Positions 28,497 to 42,489 of a DNA stretch of 64,000 nt are shown here, piece by piece. The notes below the pieces were generated by a model. It was not told where the DNA came from. It did not search any database and saw only the letters and a list, made by a program, of their open reading frames with translations. Made by a program: the position numbers and the translations under genes. The stretch spans positions 102,796,001 to 102,860,000 of the forward strand of contig OX597821.1 of the NCBI GenBank assembly GCA_951406725.2, written 5' to 3'. Source of the DNA: Octopus vulgaris. Lineage: Eukaryota. Numbering within the stretch: position 1 is the first letter of the stretch; every line of letters starts with the position of its first letter.

Positions 28497-29316
28497 GACA
28501 ATTCAGCACACAGACAATTCAATGCATAGACAATTCAGCGCCGACAATTCAATGCATAGACAATTTAGCGCCGACAATTCAGTGCATAGACAATTCAGTG
28601 ACGACAATTCAGCGCAAAGACAATTCAATGCATAGACAATTCAGCTCAAAGACAATTCAGTGCATAGACAATTTAGTGCACAGACAATCCAATGCATAGA
28701 CAATTCAGTGCCGACAATTCAGCGCATAGATAATTCAGCGCAAAGGCAATTCAATGCATAGACAATTCTGCGTCGACGATTCAGTGCATAGACAATTCAA
28801 TGCATAGACAATTCAATGCATAGACAATTCAATGCATAGACAATTCAGCGCCGACAATTCAGTGCATAGGCAATTCAGTGCCGACAATTTAGTGCACAGA
28901 CAATTCAATGCATAGACAATTCAGCGTGTAGACAATTCAGCGCCGACAATTCAGTGACGACAATTCAGCGCAAAGACAATTCAATGCATAGACAATTCAG
29001 CGCAAAGACAATTCAGCGCAAAGACAATTCAGTGCATAGACAATTTAGTGCACAGACAATCTAATGCATAGACAATTCAGTGCCGACAATTCAGCGCATA
29101 GATAATTCAGCGCAAAGAAAATTCAGTGCATAGGCAATTCAATGCATAGACAATTCTGCGTCGACAATTCAGTGCATAGACAATTCAGTGCATAGACAAT
29201 TCAATGCATAGACAATTTAGTGCATAGACAATTCAGTGCATAGGCAATTCAGTGCACAGACAATTCAATGCATAGGCAATTCAGTGCCGACAATTTAGTG
29301 CATAGACAATTCAGCG
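28497..29316. repeat. Minisatellite, 16-bp unit GACAATTCAGTGCATA with 14-bp variants GACAATTCAGCGCC
   Basis: About 50 contiguous units, no unique spacers. Confidence 0.95.
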
Positions 29317-29943
29317 GTATGCAATCCGATGGGTAAATCCTGTGTTGGCTTCGTTGGATTATGAATAGTTAACCGAGTGTATATCCAGTAAAGTAACAAT
29401 GAAAATGGAGATTAATACATCGGCTTATATTTTAATTATTTCTACAGATAAATACAGCGTCGGATAAGTTTTAATCAAATATGCTGAAATAGATGCAGAC
29501 ATAAAAATTTTAGAATACAGTGACTCAAACCTTTTGAAATAAAGTTTCCCTGTAGTGTGTGTAAGCGTGTTAAATTTCTCAAACAGATGTGTTATGGGAC
29601 TAATCGGTTGTTTCTTTTGTTGTGGTCTTCATTGTTTCCGGTTTAGTTTCGTATTTAGGTTTCTTATAATTTAGTTTTCTTTTGCCTTTCTTAGTTGATC
29701 ATCCCCCCGCCCCCATATCATTTTCAAGAGAAAGAAAAGAGGAAATATTTGAATTGGCCATTTGCACAAACGTCTAGATGTTCACTACAAGAAACATTTC
29801 TAAGAAATGAACTTCTGAACCTCTAACTTGCTGTTTATGTACTCTCATGGGTGTATTAATTTTGATCCTATTTGGCCGATGTAATTCGCATTGCAAAACC
29901 CTTTAAAAGCGCGTGCGCGCACACACACACACTCACACACACG

Positions 29944-29989
<46 letters not shown>

Positions 29990-29994
<5 letters not shown>

Positions 29995-30126
29995 TTACAT
30001 TATTTACTTTTGACGGATATTTGTCCTCATCTTGTTTGTTGTTAACACAACGTTTCGGCTGGTACACCCTCCAGCCTTCATCAGGAAATTTCGAACCTGG
30101 GTTCTCATTCCTAAGGTATTTTTAGA

Positions 30127-30208
<82 letters not shown>

Positions 30209-30280
30209 TAGGTCACTGCTTGGAATCAAACTCGGAAACTTGGGGTTAGTAGCCCGCGCTCTTAACCACTACGCCACAAG
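29990..30280 (-). mobile_element. tRNA-headed, (AAT)n-containing, hammerhead-tailed SINE-like element
   Basis: Minus strand: TGGCGTAGTGGTTAAG (A box)...GAGTTTGATTCC (B-box-like), (AAT)n, then CTGATGA-A-GGCTGG..CCAGCC-GAAA-CG-TT-GTGTT. Stem I 5' arm is deleted in this copy. Confidence 0.75.
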
Positions 30281-30491
30281 GGGAACCTTGAGACCACGAT
30301 AGCGTATACACCATGGGAGCTGGATAACCAGTCTTGTGAGTCCTATGGCTCCAGAAGTAACGCATAAATACATACATACTTAGATACATGTATATATATA
30401 CGTATATGTATATGTGTGTGTATACATATAGGAAATATTTAGAAGCATATATCTTTCTGTACATACATACTGTCACACACGTGAATACACG

Positions 30492-30537
<46 letters not shown>

Positions 30538-30600
30538 TATCTATATATATATATACATAGAGAGAGAGAGAGAGCCAGCCAGACAGACAGACAGACAGAG

Positions 30601-30642
<42 letters not shown>

Positions 30643-30836
30643 TATAGATAGATAGGTATATATATATATATATATGTGTGTGTGTATGTGTGTGTGTATG
30701 TTTATATGTATATGTATATATGTATTTATATAGGTATATAGTCTTTGTTTTCGTTGCCCACGTTTCTTGTTATCTATCTCTTATATACAATTACTTGGTG
30801 GTGGCGGTAATGGTGATGGTGGCGACGCTGTGTGTA

Positions 30837-30923
<87 letters not shown>

Positions 30924-31564
30924 ATATGTTTATATACATATGCATACATTCACACAAATACACAAACAATCACCCAGAAACCAAATCAGAGGAAAATAAA
31001 AGCTACCCGCAAAGCATTGTAGTCAACAGTAAAAAACACAGCATATATATATATATATATATATATACGCCGAGTATAATACTGATCCGTGTGACATTCT
31101 CATCAGATAAGAAACGTATCTATGAAAGAGATTGAAAACCTTCGTAAATGAAGAGACGTGCGAAGAGAGATAACAAGAAATGTGACCGGTGAAAACAAAG
31201 CTTGTACATGTCATAATAGGGGGGGGGGGTCTTTTGAGGGATGTAGGGTGTGGAAGTAAAAACAGAGAGTAATCATGATACTTCTGGAATTCCCTGGCAG
31301 ACACTCCACAAATAAACGTCTCAACAGAAAGTTTCTTTGAAACACGAACTCACGAGGGAAGCTGCTATGTCGTCGCCTACTTGGCTAGAAATATCAGCTG
31401 AAATCCTAGCTTAGCATATGTTAATACACAAAGGCAGAAAATAATACTAAACTGTATATCTTCCCGCTTTACGTTCCACGTTCTAATCCCGCCGAGGTCG
31501 GCCTTAATTTTCATTCTTTCGGTGTACTTAAAACAAGTACCAGTTGAGTACTGGAATCGATGTA

Positions 31565-32474
31565 CCGTATTTTCCGGTGTCTAAGCCGCTATTTTTTACC
31601 TGGAAAATTTAGCGTGCAGCTTATTATATAAATGTGCGCCTAATGTGTGTATCTCTCTTTATATAAAGCTGAAGTTGTCTGTGTGTGTGTGGCAGGTTTG
31701 GTAGCCTTCAACTAACACTATCTCCTCCGAGACCCTGCGGTGCAAGTTGACCAAAATTGAGAGTATGATAGAAGAAGGCTTGCTCTTTCTTCCGTAGAAG
31801 AAAAAATTCAAATCCGACCATATTAACACCAAAAATTATTCACATCAAAAAGGTGCTTTTTTTCTATGAAAATCCCTATTTTTTACGATTTTTTGAATGC
31901 TGTGTCGCCACTTTTCGGTATATTTCAACCAGAAAAATATTCACTTAAAGAGAATAACAAGCTACATAATGCAAAATTTTTACTTTTCAAAAATTCCAAT
32001 TCTAAAGGGTCGAAACAAACCCGAGCAACGCCGGGCGATACTGCTAGTTTTTTATAAGTTTCAGGAGGAAAATAATTAATGTTTGGAGATCGACTGATTC
32101 CAGTGAAATTTTTTTCCGAGGGAAGGTCGGTCGGGGAACAGCGTGAAAAACCACTACTACAGTACATTGGTGCTCGGAAGAAAACAAATCATATTTGTTT
32201 TATATTACCTTTATGTTTTGATAATGTTATTTTTTATCTAATAAACACTTTTATACTGACAAAATGTGTTTGTTGTTGATTATAGTAAGATAAAATCATA
32301 ACAAAACAATTTATCTCATAGTTGTAAAATAAAGCATTTTGAAACTACATATACGTTGACAACAAAAAAGCTAATTGCTGACCCGTAGCTCTATGTGTAA
32401 AAAAAACAAAATTTCCCCCCAAATTCGGCCCTGCGGATTAAATAGTGATGCGTTTTATAGACCGGAAAATATGG
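31565..32474. mobile_element. Tc2/pogo-like MITE inserted at a TA inside a SINE A copy
   Basis: Terminal inverted repeats CCGTATTTTCCGGTGTCTAAG / TTATAGACCGGAAAATATGG; interrupts the SINE motif GATG-TA-ATCGA. Confidence 0.75.
31652..32047 (+). mobile_element. Non-autonomous Helitron-like element nested in the MITE
   Basis: A|TCTCTCTTTATATAAA ... CCCGAGCAACGCCGGGCGATACTGCTAG|T. Confidence 0.8.
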
Positions 32475-33027
32475 CAATCGATTTACCCTTTCTCCGAAAT
32501 TGCTGGCCCCGTGTCAGAATTTGAAATCAATAAATATTAATACACAAAGATGGCAAATTGGTAGTATCGTTATCAAGCCGGACAATAATACAAAGTGGAA
32601 ATTCTTTGGGCTTCAAATTCCACTGAGCTTGACTTTACCTTTCATCCTTTCAGAGTTGATAAAATATGTACCAGTTGAATACTGGGGTCGACGTAATCGA
32701 CTAAACCCATCTAAAATTTCTGGTCTTGCATCTATAATAGAAAAAATTAAATGTGTATATACAAAGGCGTCGAGCTGGCAAGATTAAGAGCTTCGGAGAA
32801 AACGCTGTGATATTTTTCCGACTTATTACGTTCTGAGTTCAAATTTCGCTAAGGTCGACTTTGCTTTCGTCTTTCCAGGACTGGAATTTTTCCCTTCCCT
32901 CAAGTTTGCCGGCATGGAGCGCAAATTTGGAAGAATGTATATGAACACACGTACACATAGAGCCCGACATCTAAAAAATAGTGAAGTTACATTAAATAAC
33001 GTAGTCATGTTCGTACCATACGCTAAT

Positions 33028-33382
33028 GTGGGGGCACAATGGTCCTGTGGTTAGGGCAGTGGACTGACGGTCATAGGATCGCGGTTTCGATTCCCAGACA
33101 GGGCGTTGTGAATGTTTATTGAGCGAAAACACTTAAAGCTCCACGAGGTTCCGGCAGGGGGTGGTAGCGAATCCTCAACCCTTTCACCACAACTTTCACT
33201 CTTTCTTCCTGTGTCTGTTGTACCTGTATTTCAAAAGGCCAGCATTGTCACACTCTGTGTTACGCTGAATCTCCCTAAGAACTACGTTAAGGGTACACGT
33301 GTCAGTGGAGTGCTCAACCACTTTCACGTTAATTTCACGCATCAACTGGGAACCTTAGTCGTTGTAACCGACGGAGTGCCAT
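33028..33382 (+). mobile_element. tRNA-derived SINE family C
   Basis: TGGTTAGGGCAGTGGACT...GGTTTCGATTCCCAGAC head shared with the copies at 36451-36747 and 59250-59390. Confidence 0.8.
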
Positions 33383-34825
33383 AGTACTACGTGCTAATAG
33401 CGAATTGGCCGAGTCGTTAAGAGTGTTCAGTAGAATGCCACGTTGTACATATTCTGATACTCGACAAAATGAGTTCAAATCCTGCTGAGGTTAACTTTAC
33501 ATTCTTTTGGAGTCGAAATAAAAAAAATAATAAAAAATGAGGGTGGCGAGTCGACAGAACAGTAAAAAAAAAAAAAAAATTAAGTATCAGATCGGGCACA
33601 TTGCATTATTTGTTCCGTAGCTTTGCATTATGAGTTCAAATCCCGTAGTGGAAAACTTAATCCATTACGATTTAACAAGCAGTAACTGGCACTTTGGATG
33701 CCTTTTAGATGAGTCCCCTCTGTTGCAAGAATTCGTTCCAGAGATCTGCTTTCAGGATAACACCTCTCTCTGCATCTAGTTCCGAAAGCCCTTTAAAGGG
33801 TCACTAACAGCCTTCTTTCCTGACTAAAGTATGAAATATTAACGGATTAATCATTTCTGGACTGCTTTTAATTATAAGTTTTTCTTTAAACAAGGGTATC
33901 ATTTTTGCAGTATCTTCCAATCCACTGATTGAGGCAATTTCAGGGCGATACACAAACGCCCAGATGAGCAAACCAACAAAATATTTTCAAAATATATGTA
34001 TGTATGTATATATATATATATATATTTGTGTGTGTGTTTGTGTGTGTGTGTGTGCGTGTGCAGTTATACAGATAAACACAATTAGGCTTGACACTCACAC
34101 ACATATACATATATGTATGTATGTATATAGACAATACAAATACAAAATACTATGGAGAAAATGCATAATTTTTTAACTCGACAACTGTTTCACACATACG
34201 CGCGTATATATATATATATATATAATGTGAATAAGGATAGAAATAAATTGAAACATTATAAATCTTGATTGTGGGTGAATTAAGAATGTAAATACATTCT
34301 TTCTATACTATTGATGTGCGGGAAAAAAGGGAGAGAGAGAGAGTCTTGTGACGGACCGTTTTACGTTTTATTGACCAATCCTCAGAGAAGGCGTAACCGG
34401 TTTTCCTCCTGAATAACATATAGCAGCTACTTTAGGAAGTAGTCATGAATTAGAATAGCACTATGCTGGATAACCTAATTTACGTATTTATGCTTTCGAA
34501 GATTCAGCATTAATTAAACAATATTTTATGCGTGGCACAACAGAAATCAGAACTGTTATAAATTTAATTTCAAAATTATTAGAAAAGTGATTAAGTTAAA
34601 ACAAGAATTTAAATAAGTAAATGGTTAAAAGTTTAATGTTTGACAGACGCAATTTGTTAAGCCCTTGTATGTGTTGATGCTTAAACCACGTACAGACGGC
34701 TAAGTTTCAAAATACAGCATACAGTGTCATAAAACTAGAATTATTTCTAACGTTTCTTAATGCCCTTAGTGAGTAGAGTATATGTGTGATGCATACATAT
34801 ATACATGCATACATACATACATACA

Positions 34826-34859
<34 letters not shown>

Positions 34860-34901
34860 CATACATATATACATAGATACCTATATACATTCATACATAC
34901 A

Positions 34902-34976
<75 letters not shown>

Positions 34977-34981
34977 ACATG

Positions 34982-35022
<41 letters not shown>

Positions 35023-35112
35023 CGCCTGCGCCTATATTATATGTATGTGTGTATGCATGTATGCTCGTGTATTTGCGTACAAATACATACATGCATACAC
35101 ACACACACATAT

Positions 35113-35800
35113 AAAGATGGTTCTGTTATCATGGATATGCTGGAAAATAAAATGTATTATGAAAAAACAGACAGCTATAAACAATGAAAGGCAATGGAAG
35201 ATCTTCTGGCCTTGTTGAATAAATACCGCAAATGCTTGACACCTTAAGAATTTGTCTATATAAACAATTTCAGGTGCAAAAATCTACAATTTCTATACTC
35301 TATCCAAGATTCAGAAAAGTAAAGCTATACATAAGTGACTCATGTATAAGTCTAAAGCCGAGTATATCAAAATACTATCTCAAGACAATTTGAAACTCAG
35401 ACCAATTATAGTAGGCGCTGCGTGTGAAATGCACAGGCTGAACAATTTCTAACTAAAAACTTCCTTAAAGTACATTGAGTTTCGTTCGAGTTGATTCGGA
35501 TTTATTTAATCACTTACTAATCTGTAATATAAATATAATTGCGGTTTCTTTTGGCTATATTAATTCATGTACGAATATTTCCTATGATTATGGAATCAAT
35601 GCGATAGTACATCTTTATCACTGAAGGTCTGGGTTTCATACTAATTCGATGAATTAACGTGCGATCAAATATCAGGCACCGGGAAGGGAACTAAAGTTGC
35701 CACGACGAATGCCAACATCGTTATGGGTTTCCGCAAGAAGAAAGTTTACGAAGAATCTATTTGCATTCGAAGACGAAATTTATGCATATCTCAAAGGAAA
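35113..35800 (+). mobile_element. Penelope-like reverse transcriptase, decayed and internally deleted
   Basis: Frames give MLENKMYYEK..LLNKYRKCLT, NFYTLSKIQKSK..EYIKI..LKLRPIIVGAACEMHRLNNF and QISGTGKGTKVATTNANIVMGF, matching the PLE RT motifs FYGLPKIHK, LRPIV and GTAMGTKVAP.YAN. Confidence 0.8.
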
Positions 35801-36240
35801 CTGGAAAACATACCTGCGTCTATGACAGCAGGATCTAAATAAACCTCAGCGTAATTGGAACTCAGAACGTAAAGATAGACAAAATGCCACTAACCATTTT
35901 GCCTGGCGTGCTAACGATTCTGATAGCAACAACAAAAGAAAATCAATTATGCTTCCTCATGCAATGGTTTTCACACAAGCAGCCACACCACAACCACCAC
36001 AAAAAATTTGTGAAACTTTCTGCCTCACACCCGACCTATATTTCTAATCTTGAAACCAGTTTTGAAGGGAGGGAGCAAATCGATTATATCGATTAACAGT
36101 ATTTGATTGATACGTGATTTTATCGACCCAGAATGAACGAAAGGCAAGGTCAATTGACCTCAGCGAGATTGGAGCCAGAAGAAATACCGCCAAGCATTTT
36201 GTACGATGTGCTACCGATTCTTCCAGCTCGTCGTCTTCTT

Positions 36241-36370
36241 GTCTTTATTAGTGAGGAAAAATAAAATAGAGTTTAAATTTGAAAGGCGGTATATGAAAAG
36301 GATACAAAGCGTTCACGCATACCGCCCTTTCAAATTTAAACTCTATTTTATTTTTCCTCACTAATAAAGA
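36241..36370. repeat. 130-bp fold-back
   Basis: GTCTTTATTAGTGAGG..GGCGGTAT pairs with ATACCGCC..CCTCACTAATAAAGAC. Confidence 0.9.
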
Positions 36371-36450
36371 CCGTATATATATATAAACGGCAGTGCCCCA
36401 GCATGGCCACAGCTCATGGGCTGAAACTAGAATCAATCATATATATATAT

Positions 36451-36934
<484 letters not shown>

Positions 36935-37133
36935 GTATGTATGAATGTATGTGTATACGTCATTGCGACTATCACACGCAACACACCTTCTTTCCAAGCA
37001 CTGTTGTAAACAGCGGAAGTGAGCAAGTACTTTAAAACTTAGCACTCGTGCACAGTAGAGTTCAAGATAAATCTTTGTCAAGTGGCCTTACTCTGTGTAC
37101 CTTAGCAGTCAGAATACTTATTGATCAGACATC

Positions 37134-37189
<56 letters not shown>

Positions 37190-37585
37190 TAAATTAAATT
37201 AAATTAAACTACTGCAAAAAAAGAATGAAATAAAAAAGTAAGTAGATAAAAACAAATGAATATAATAAATAAAAGTAAATTAAACGAACGTGTATAGATA
37301 GGGGTACTGATAATGCAGGTATCATACAGATTCACACACACACACATTTACTAAACATAGACACGCACAGGGATATACGCATGCGCAAATAAAGACACAC
37401 AGGGATATACGCATTCCCTCCAAAAGTCATTTACAATAGGAATACAAAATGGCAGATCGTTTGTAAGGAGAGACACAAAAAGGAAAGAAGAAAGCAAAGG
37501 ACCGAGGATGAGGTCACAGAAGTGTGACGAAAGAACTCTGGCCGAAATACAATTAATATAAAAGAAAGCTGGAGCAAGTGAACAC

Positions 37586-37627
<42 letters not shown>

Positions 37628-38704
37628 GTATAGGGTCATGCACATATTCTGTAAGTTCAAGACTTTTTATCGGATCTCCAGGAATCGAACTTATCTGTGA
37701 TTCTTGTAAATTTCAATAACAATCTGTTCCTCTACACGATATGACAATCACTTTGCTTCTTACTCGGATTTTCAGAAATTTCGCATGACTGTATCCGAAA
37801 TTTCTTCACATAACTTGCTTAACAATTCAATATGAGCTATATATAGATATGCACAAATTCCGTAAGTTTAAAACCTTTCATCGGATCTCCAGGAATCGAA
37901 CTTTCTTCAATGCAGTTAATCTTACACCCTCATTTGTATCTACCCCTTTTGATGTTTGGGAATTCTCTGATGTTTTCTCGGCTGACGAGTACGAGCCATC
38001 TGTATTTACTGCATTTTTTGTAGCTTATTTTGTCCTCGTACGAAACAATTGTACCGAGATTTTAATCCATTCTTGTTGCTTTTTTCCTATTTGTAATCAC
38101 CCCACTTGTCGTATGGTTAACACCATATAGATTTCCGGTGCATTCTAGTTAAGGACCATATTCATGTAAATTCATTAGAATTCACTTGAATCTCAATTAC
38201 TTAAACCTATATATATATATAGGAACATCTCGTACCATTTTCATATTCCTTGATTTCAAATTCAAAATTCTTTTTCTAATTTTGTCTCCCGTTGTTAGGA
38301 GACAGTTACTTCCCTTCGTGCTGCCGACTATCCAGTGGTTTCTATCTATATAATTCTCGTCTCTTGGTCGCCATGACGTTTAGCAATTAAAAAAATTTAA
38401 TTTAACATGGCAATTCTTTTGTCCCCTTTTCAACCCACACAACTTTACATCCACATACAACAAACACTGGGCCCTAATGCATTTAAATTTCGTGCTTAGC
38501 TCTTTCTTCGCTTCATTTCCATCAATCTGCAACGTTATTACTTCTATAATAATTAAAGAGAATAAGGTTAACGCCATTTTAGAGAGATTTGAAAAACAAT
38601 CAAAGAAAGAAAGGAGCAAACAAAACAATAACAACAAAAGTGAAAAGAAAGTTCCCCTAAAAGACCCCAAATAAAATGGCACGTAGATGGGAGCAGATAA
38701 GAAC

Positions 38705-38820
38705 TAATTGCCGGCTATGTCATCAAAGACAAATAAACACACCAGGATGTATACGGTGATAGATGTGGCATACCCATCAGATAAGAATAGCATATCGGTG
38801 GAAGAAGGTAAAAAGATAAT
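38705..38820 (+). mobile_element. RLE endonuclease remnant (R4/Dong-like)
   Basis: VIKDK../TVIDVAYPSDKNSISVEEGKK resembles the IDVAIPSD.N...E.EK motif. Confidence 0.45.
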
Positions 38821-40064
38821 AATAAAAGAATATATATATATATACAAAAAATATAGATAAAAACAAAAATACAATAAAACCATGGAAAAAAATCGTATCC
38901 AAACACAAAGACATGGAAATAAAATAAATATATAAATGAATAAATGTATAAATAAATAAATATATAAAAAAATAAAGGGATGAAATGCTGCAAAAAATGT
39001 GGGTCTCCGACCTAAAGCATCACCGTATATTTTACGATAGGGGCATACAGTACAGTAGAGGATAAACATATAAATGTAAGAATAAAAACAAATAGCATAC
39101 AAAATGTTATACAAAATTAGTGTAAAAAAAATTGAGACTTCCAGGAAGACAAATCATACTTACGATATGTGCGTAGGTGTGTGTTTGTATGCATGTATAT
39201 ATGTATATACATTGGCCTGTATATATATATATATATATATATATACAGGCCAATGTATATACATTATATATGTATATGTATATGTATGTATATATATATA
39301 TATATATGCATATATATGTATATATATGTATATATATTGGCCTATATATATATATATTTATATATATATACACATATAAACACACACAAACATATATATA
39401 TATGTATATATATACATATAAACATATATGTTGTAGACACGTGTGTAATTACATATATACACATATATACACATACTTACGTACATATGCATTTATATAT
39501 ATATATATATATATACATGCTTGTATATGTGTATTTGAATGTGTTTATATTGTAGGCGTACACACACACACACACTCACACACACACACACACACACACA
39601 CAGTCGAGTTTGTCATTCAGGTTCACACATCCATTATATCCCCCCCCTACACAGACACACACACACTCATGCATTTACACACACAACACACACACATACA
39701 CATGCACACGCACGTAGCCTTACACACCTCATGTTAACTCTGACACTCTGTCGCTCTCTCTCTCTCTCTGTCTTTCTGTCTATCCCTCTGTCCGTCTGTG
39801 CCTCTCTTTCTCTTTCTCTCTCTCTCTCTCTCACTCTCTCTCTCTCTCGCTAACTTCTCTTTTACACTCTGACACCCCATATTGAAATATTCTAAACAGA
39901 ATGTTCAGAATTACCAAGATAGTCAAAGAAAAGGTTAAAAATGTAGTTAAATGCGGATTACACAACACCGGGGTCGACCGAATAGGGGGGAACAGAAGGA
40001 AGGGAATAAGCAGCAAAGAAGACTTGACAAAGAAGATGGTGAGCATTATAATCGTGATGATAAT

Positions 40065-40720
40065 AATGCAATCTGGTAGAATCGTTAGCACGCAGGGCGA
40101 AATGCTTAGCGGTGTTTCATCTGTCTTTATGTTCTGAGTTCAAATTCCGCCGAGGTCGACTTTGCCTTTCACACCTTCAGTGTCGATAAATCAAGTACCA
40201 GTGAAACACTGGGGGTCGATGTAATAGACTAGTCCCTTCCCCCCAAATTTCAAGCCTTGTGCTTTTAATAGAACGGATTATTATCATGATGATTAGGCGG
40301 GCGAGCTGGCTGAATCGTTACCGCGCCGGGAAATACGCCGAGCGCCATTGCGTACGTCTTTACGTTCTGATTTTAAATCCCACTGAGGTCGACTTTGCCT
40401 TTTATTCTTTCGAGGCTCGATAAAATGAGTACAAGTTGAGAAGCGGGGTCGCTGTAATCGACTTGCTTCCTATGCCGAAATTGCTGGCCTTGCGCCAAAA
40501 TTTGAAATAATTATCATGATGATTCTAGGGCGGTAGATTAGCAGAATGGTCAGCGTACTGAAAAGGAGAAAATGGCTTGCGACATTTCTTCCGGCTCTTT
40601 ATGTTCTGAGTTCAAATTCTGCCGCGGTCAACTTTGCTTTTCATCATTTCAGCGTCGATAAAATCAAGAACAGTTAAACAGTGAGGTCAATATAATCGAC
40701 TATTCCCCTCCTCTCAAAAA
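40065..40720 (+). mobile_element. Cluster of three diverged SINE A copies
   Basis: Three GTTCTGA.TT.AAAT..GTC.ACTTTGC cores in tandem. Confidence 0.85.
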
Positions 40721-40991
40721 TTCAGATCTAAATTAGAAGCCATTTTTATGGTGGTTCTACCAGATCTTCTGAAACTTATAATCATAAAAAGAACTTCATG
40801 TGTGTGTGTGTACACAAGGCTGCGGTCCAGTGACTGAAACAAGTAGAAGTGTGTGAGTGTGTGTGTTTGTGCGTGTGCGTGTGTATAGTAAATCCAAAAC
40901 AATGAAGAACAAATACAAAAACAAAATCAACAACGCGAGAACGTGGTACATGCAAAGTATTAACAGACGCTCAGGGAAGGAAAGAAAGGTG

Positions 40992-41026
40992 GTTTTACGT
41001 TTCGAGCAAAGTTCTTCTTCAGAAAC
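40992..41026 (-). ncRNA. Minimal hammerhead motif in a PLE-like repeat (about 40890-41095)
   Basis: Minus strand GTTT-CTGAAGA-A-GAAC-TTT-GCTC-GAAA-CG-TA-AAAC; one stem II mismatch that is paired in the 20569 homolog. Confidence 0.6.
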
Positions 41027-41093
41027 AGAGGAAAGTCCAATAGAAAAGGAAAACGGAGGAAAAAATCGACAATGATTCACATGTGGTTACATT

Positions 41094-41177
<84 letters not shown>

Positions 41178-41178
41178 G

Positions 41179-41989
41179 CAAAGGGATATCCAAAAGTAAC
41201 TGTGGGGTAAGCTCGTTGTAGTTCAGGTTTCCACCGCTGGAAGGCACTTGATGAGATCCTCTGGCATCAGTCTGCCGACCAGCGTCCTCGGCTGGGGTCA
41301 TAATGCCATGTGATGTGTCTTTGTTTTGCAGTGCTTCTCCCCTATTCGTCGACTTTGTGACGGCTGAAAAGAAGGGACTGCGTGCTTCTGTGAAATTCTG
41401 TTTCCTACTGGAGTCAAGGACGCTGCCATGAGCAAAACACAAGCTTATGAGTGGTTTCCACGCTTTAGAAATGATCACTTTTTGCTCGGAGACCAACCTC
41501 GTTCAGGATGGCCGTCGAACTCCCGAACGAATGAAAGCGTCACGAAAATTCATGAAAGGATCTTGGTGGACCGTCCCTGCATAATTGACGAACTTGTTGA
41601 TATGACTGGTGAGTCCTAGAGTTCCTGCCAACGAATTGTGAGTGTGGAGTTGCGAATGATTTGAGCCTCGGATGATCAAAAGCAGTCACGAATACGTGTC
41701 GTTAACTGAAAAAAGTTAGAAGTTGACCCGGACCTTTTTCTCGAAGGTCATCGCTGGTGACGAGAGCTGGTGCTACGGAATTTACAGATGTGGAAGAGGT
41801 GAAGAAAAAAAAAATGACGGAGGTAATAAAAGGCGTTCATCACTTCGCAAGAGTTCCAGCATCGCTTCGAACAGTGGAAAATGCGTCTGGACCGATGCAT
41901 TGCTTCAAACGGAGGATTCTTTGAAGGCGATAAAAGTGCAAACATGTTAAACTAAGTGAGTAAAATGATATTGCAAAATTTCCCTCGTA
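41179..41989 (+). mobile_element. Mariner-family transposon, internally deleted and decayed
   Basis: VKFCFLL..MSKTQAYEWFPRFRN..DQPRSGWPS.., KVIAGDESWCYG and FEQWKMRLDRCIASNGGFFEGDK; ends CCCTCG-TA. Confidence 0.9.
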
Positions 41990-42036
41990 CACACACACAC
42001 GCTCGCGCGCCTATACACATATGTATATTTATATAC

Positions 42037-42093
<57 letters not shown>

Positions 42094-42489
42094 CACACAG
42101 AGACACACAAATATATATACATATGTTTATGCATATGTATATATGTATGCGCGTGTATGTATATGTGTATTACTGCTTAATTACAAGATAAAGCAAATTT
42201 GCCAACTCAAACATTATTGTGCCACTCAGGACATCAGGGTCTGAATCTAGATTAAACAGGATGTTTTAAAGCCACATCAGTTCTGCTTCACATATTTGCA
42301 CCTGGATTTTTCGAGGCGAGGTTGACTATCCAAATATTTGAAGTGAAGCATGGTTTTGTGGTTTTTGTCTGCGGCAAAATTGCCAACAGTTTCTGAACCA
42401 ACCAATTTCTGTGCATCGGACACTACTCCCACATATCTGAAGAACTTTAAAATATTTTTATAGACTTTATCGTAGCTTTTTATGCTTTT

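Noticed and set aside
28497-29316. Array as a CRISPR locus
   Set aside because: Contiguous 14-16 bp units without unique spacers, no cas genes, eukaryotic context.
30211-30280. Genuine tRNA gene
   Set aside because: No convincing acceptor stem or poly-T terminator, and it is fused to a repeat body in two places; treated as a SINE head. The same applies to the other SINE heads.
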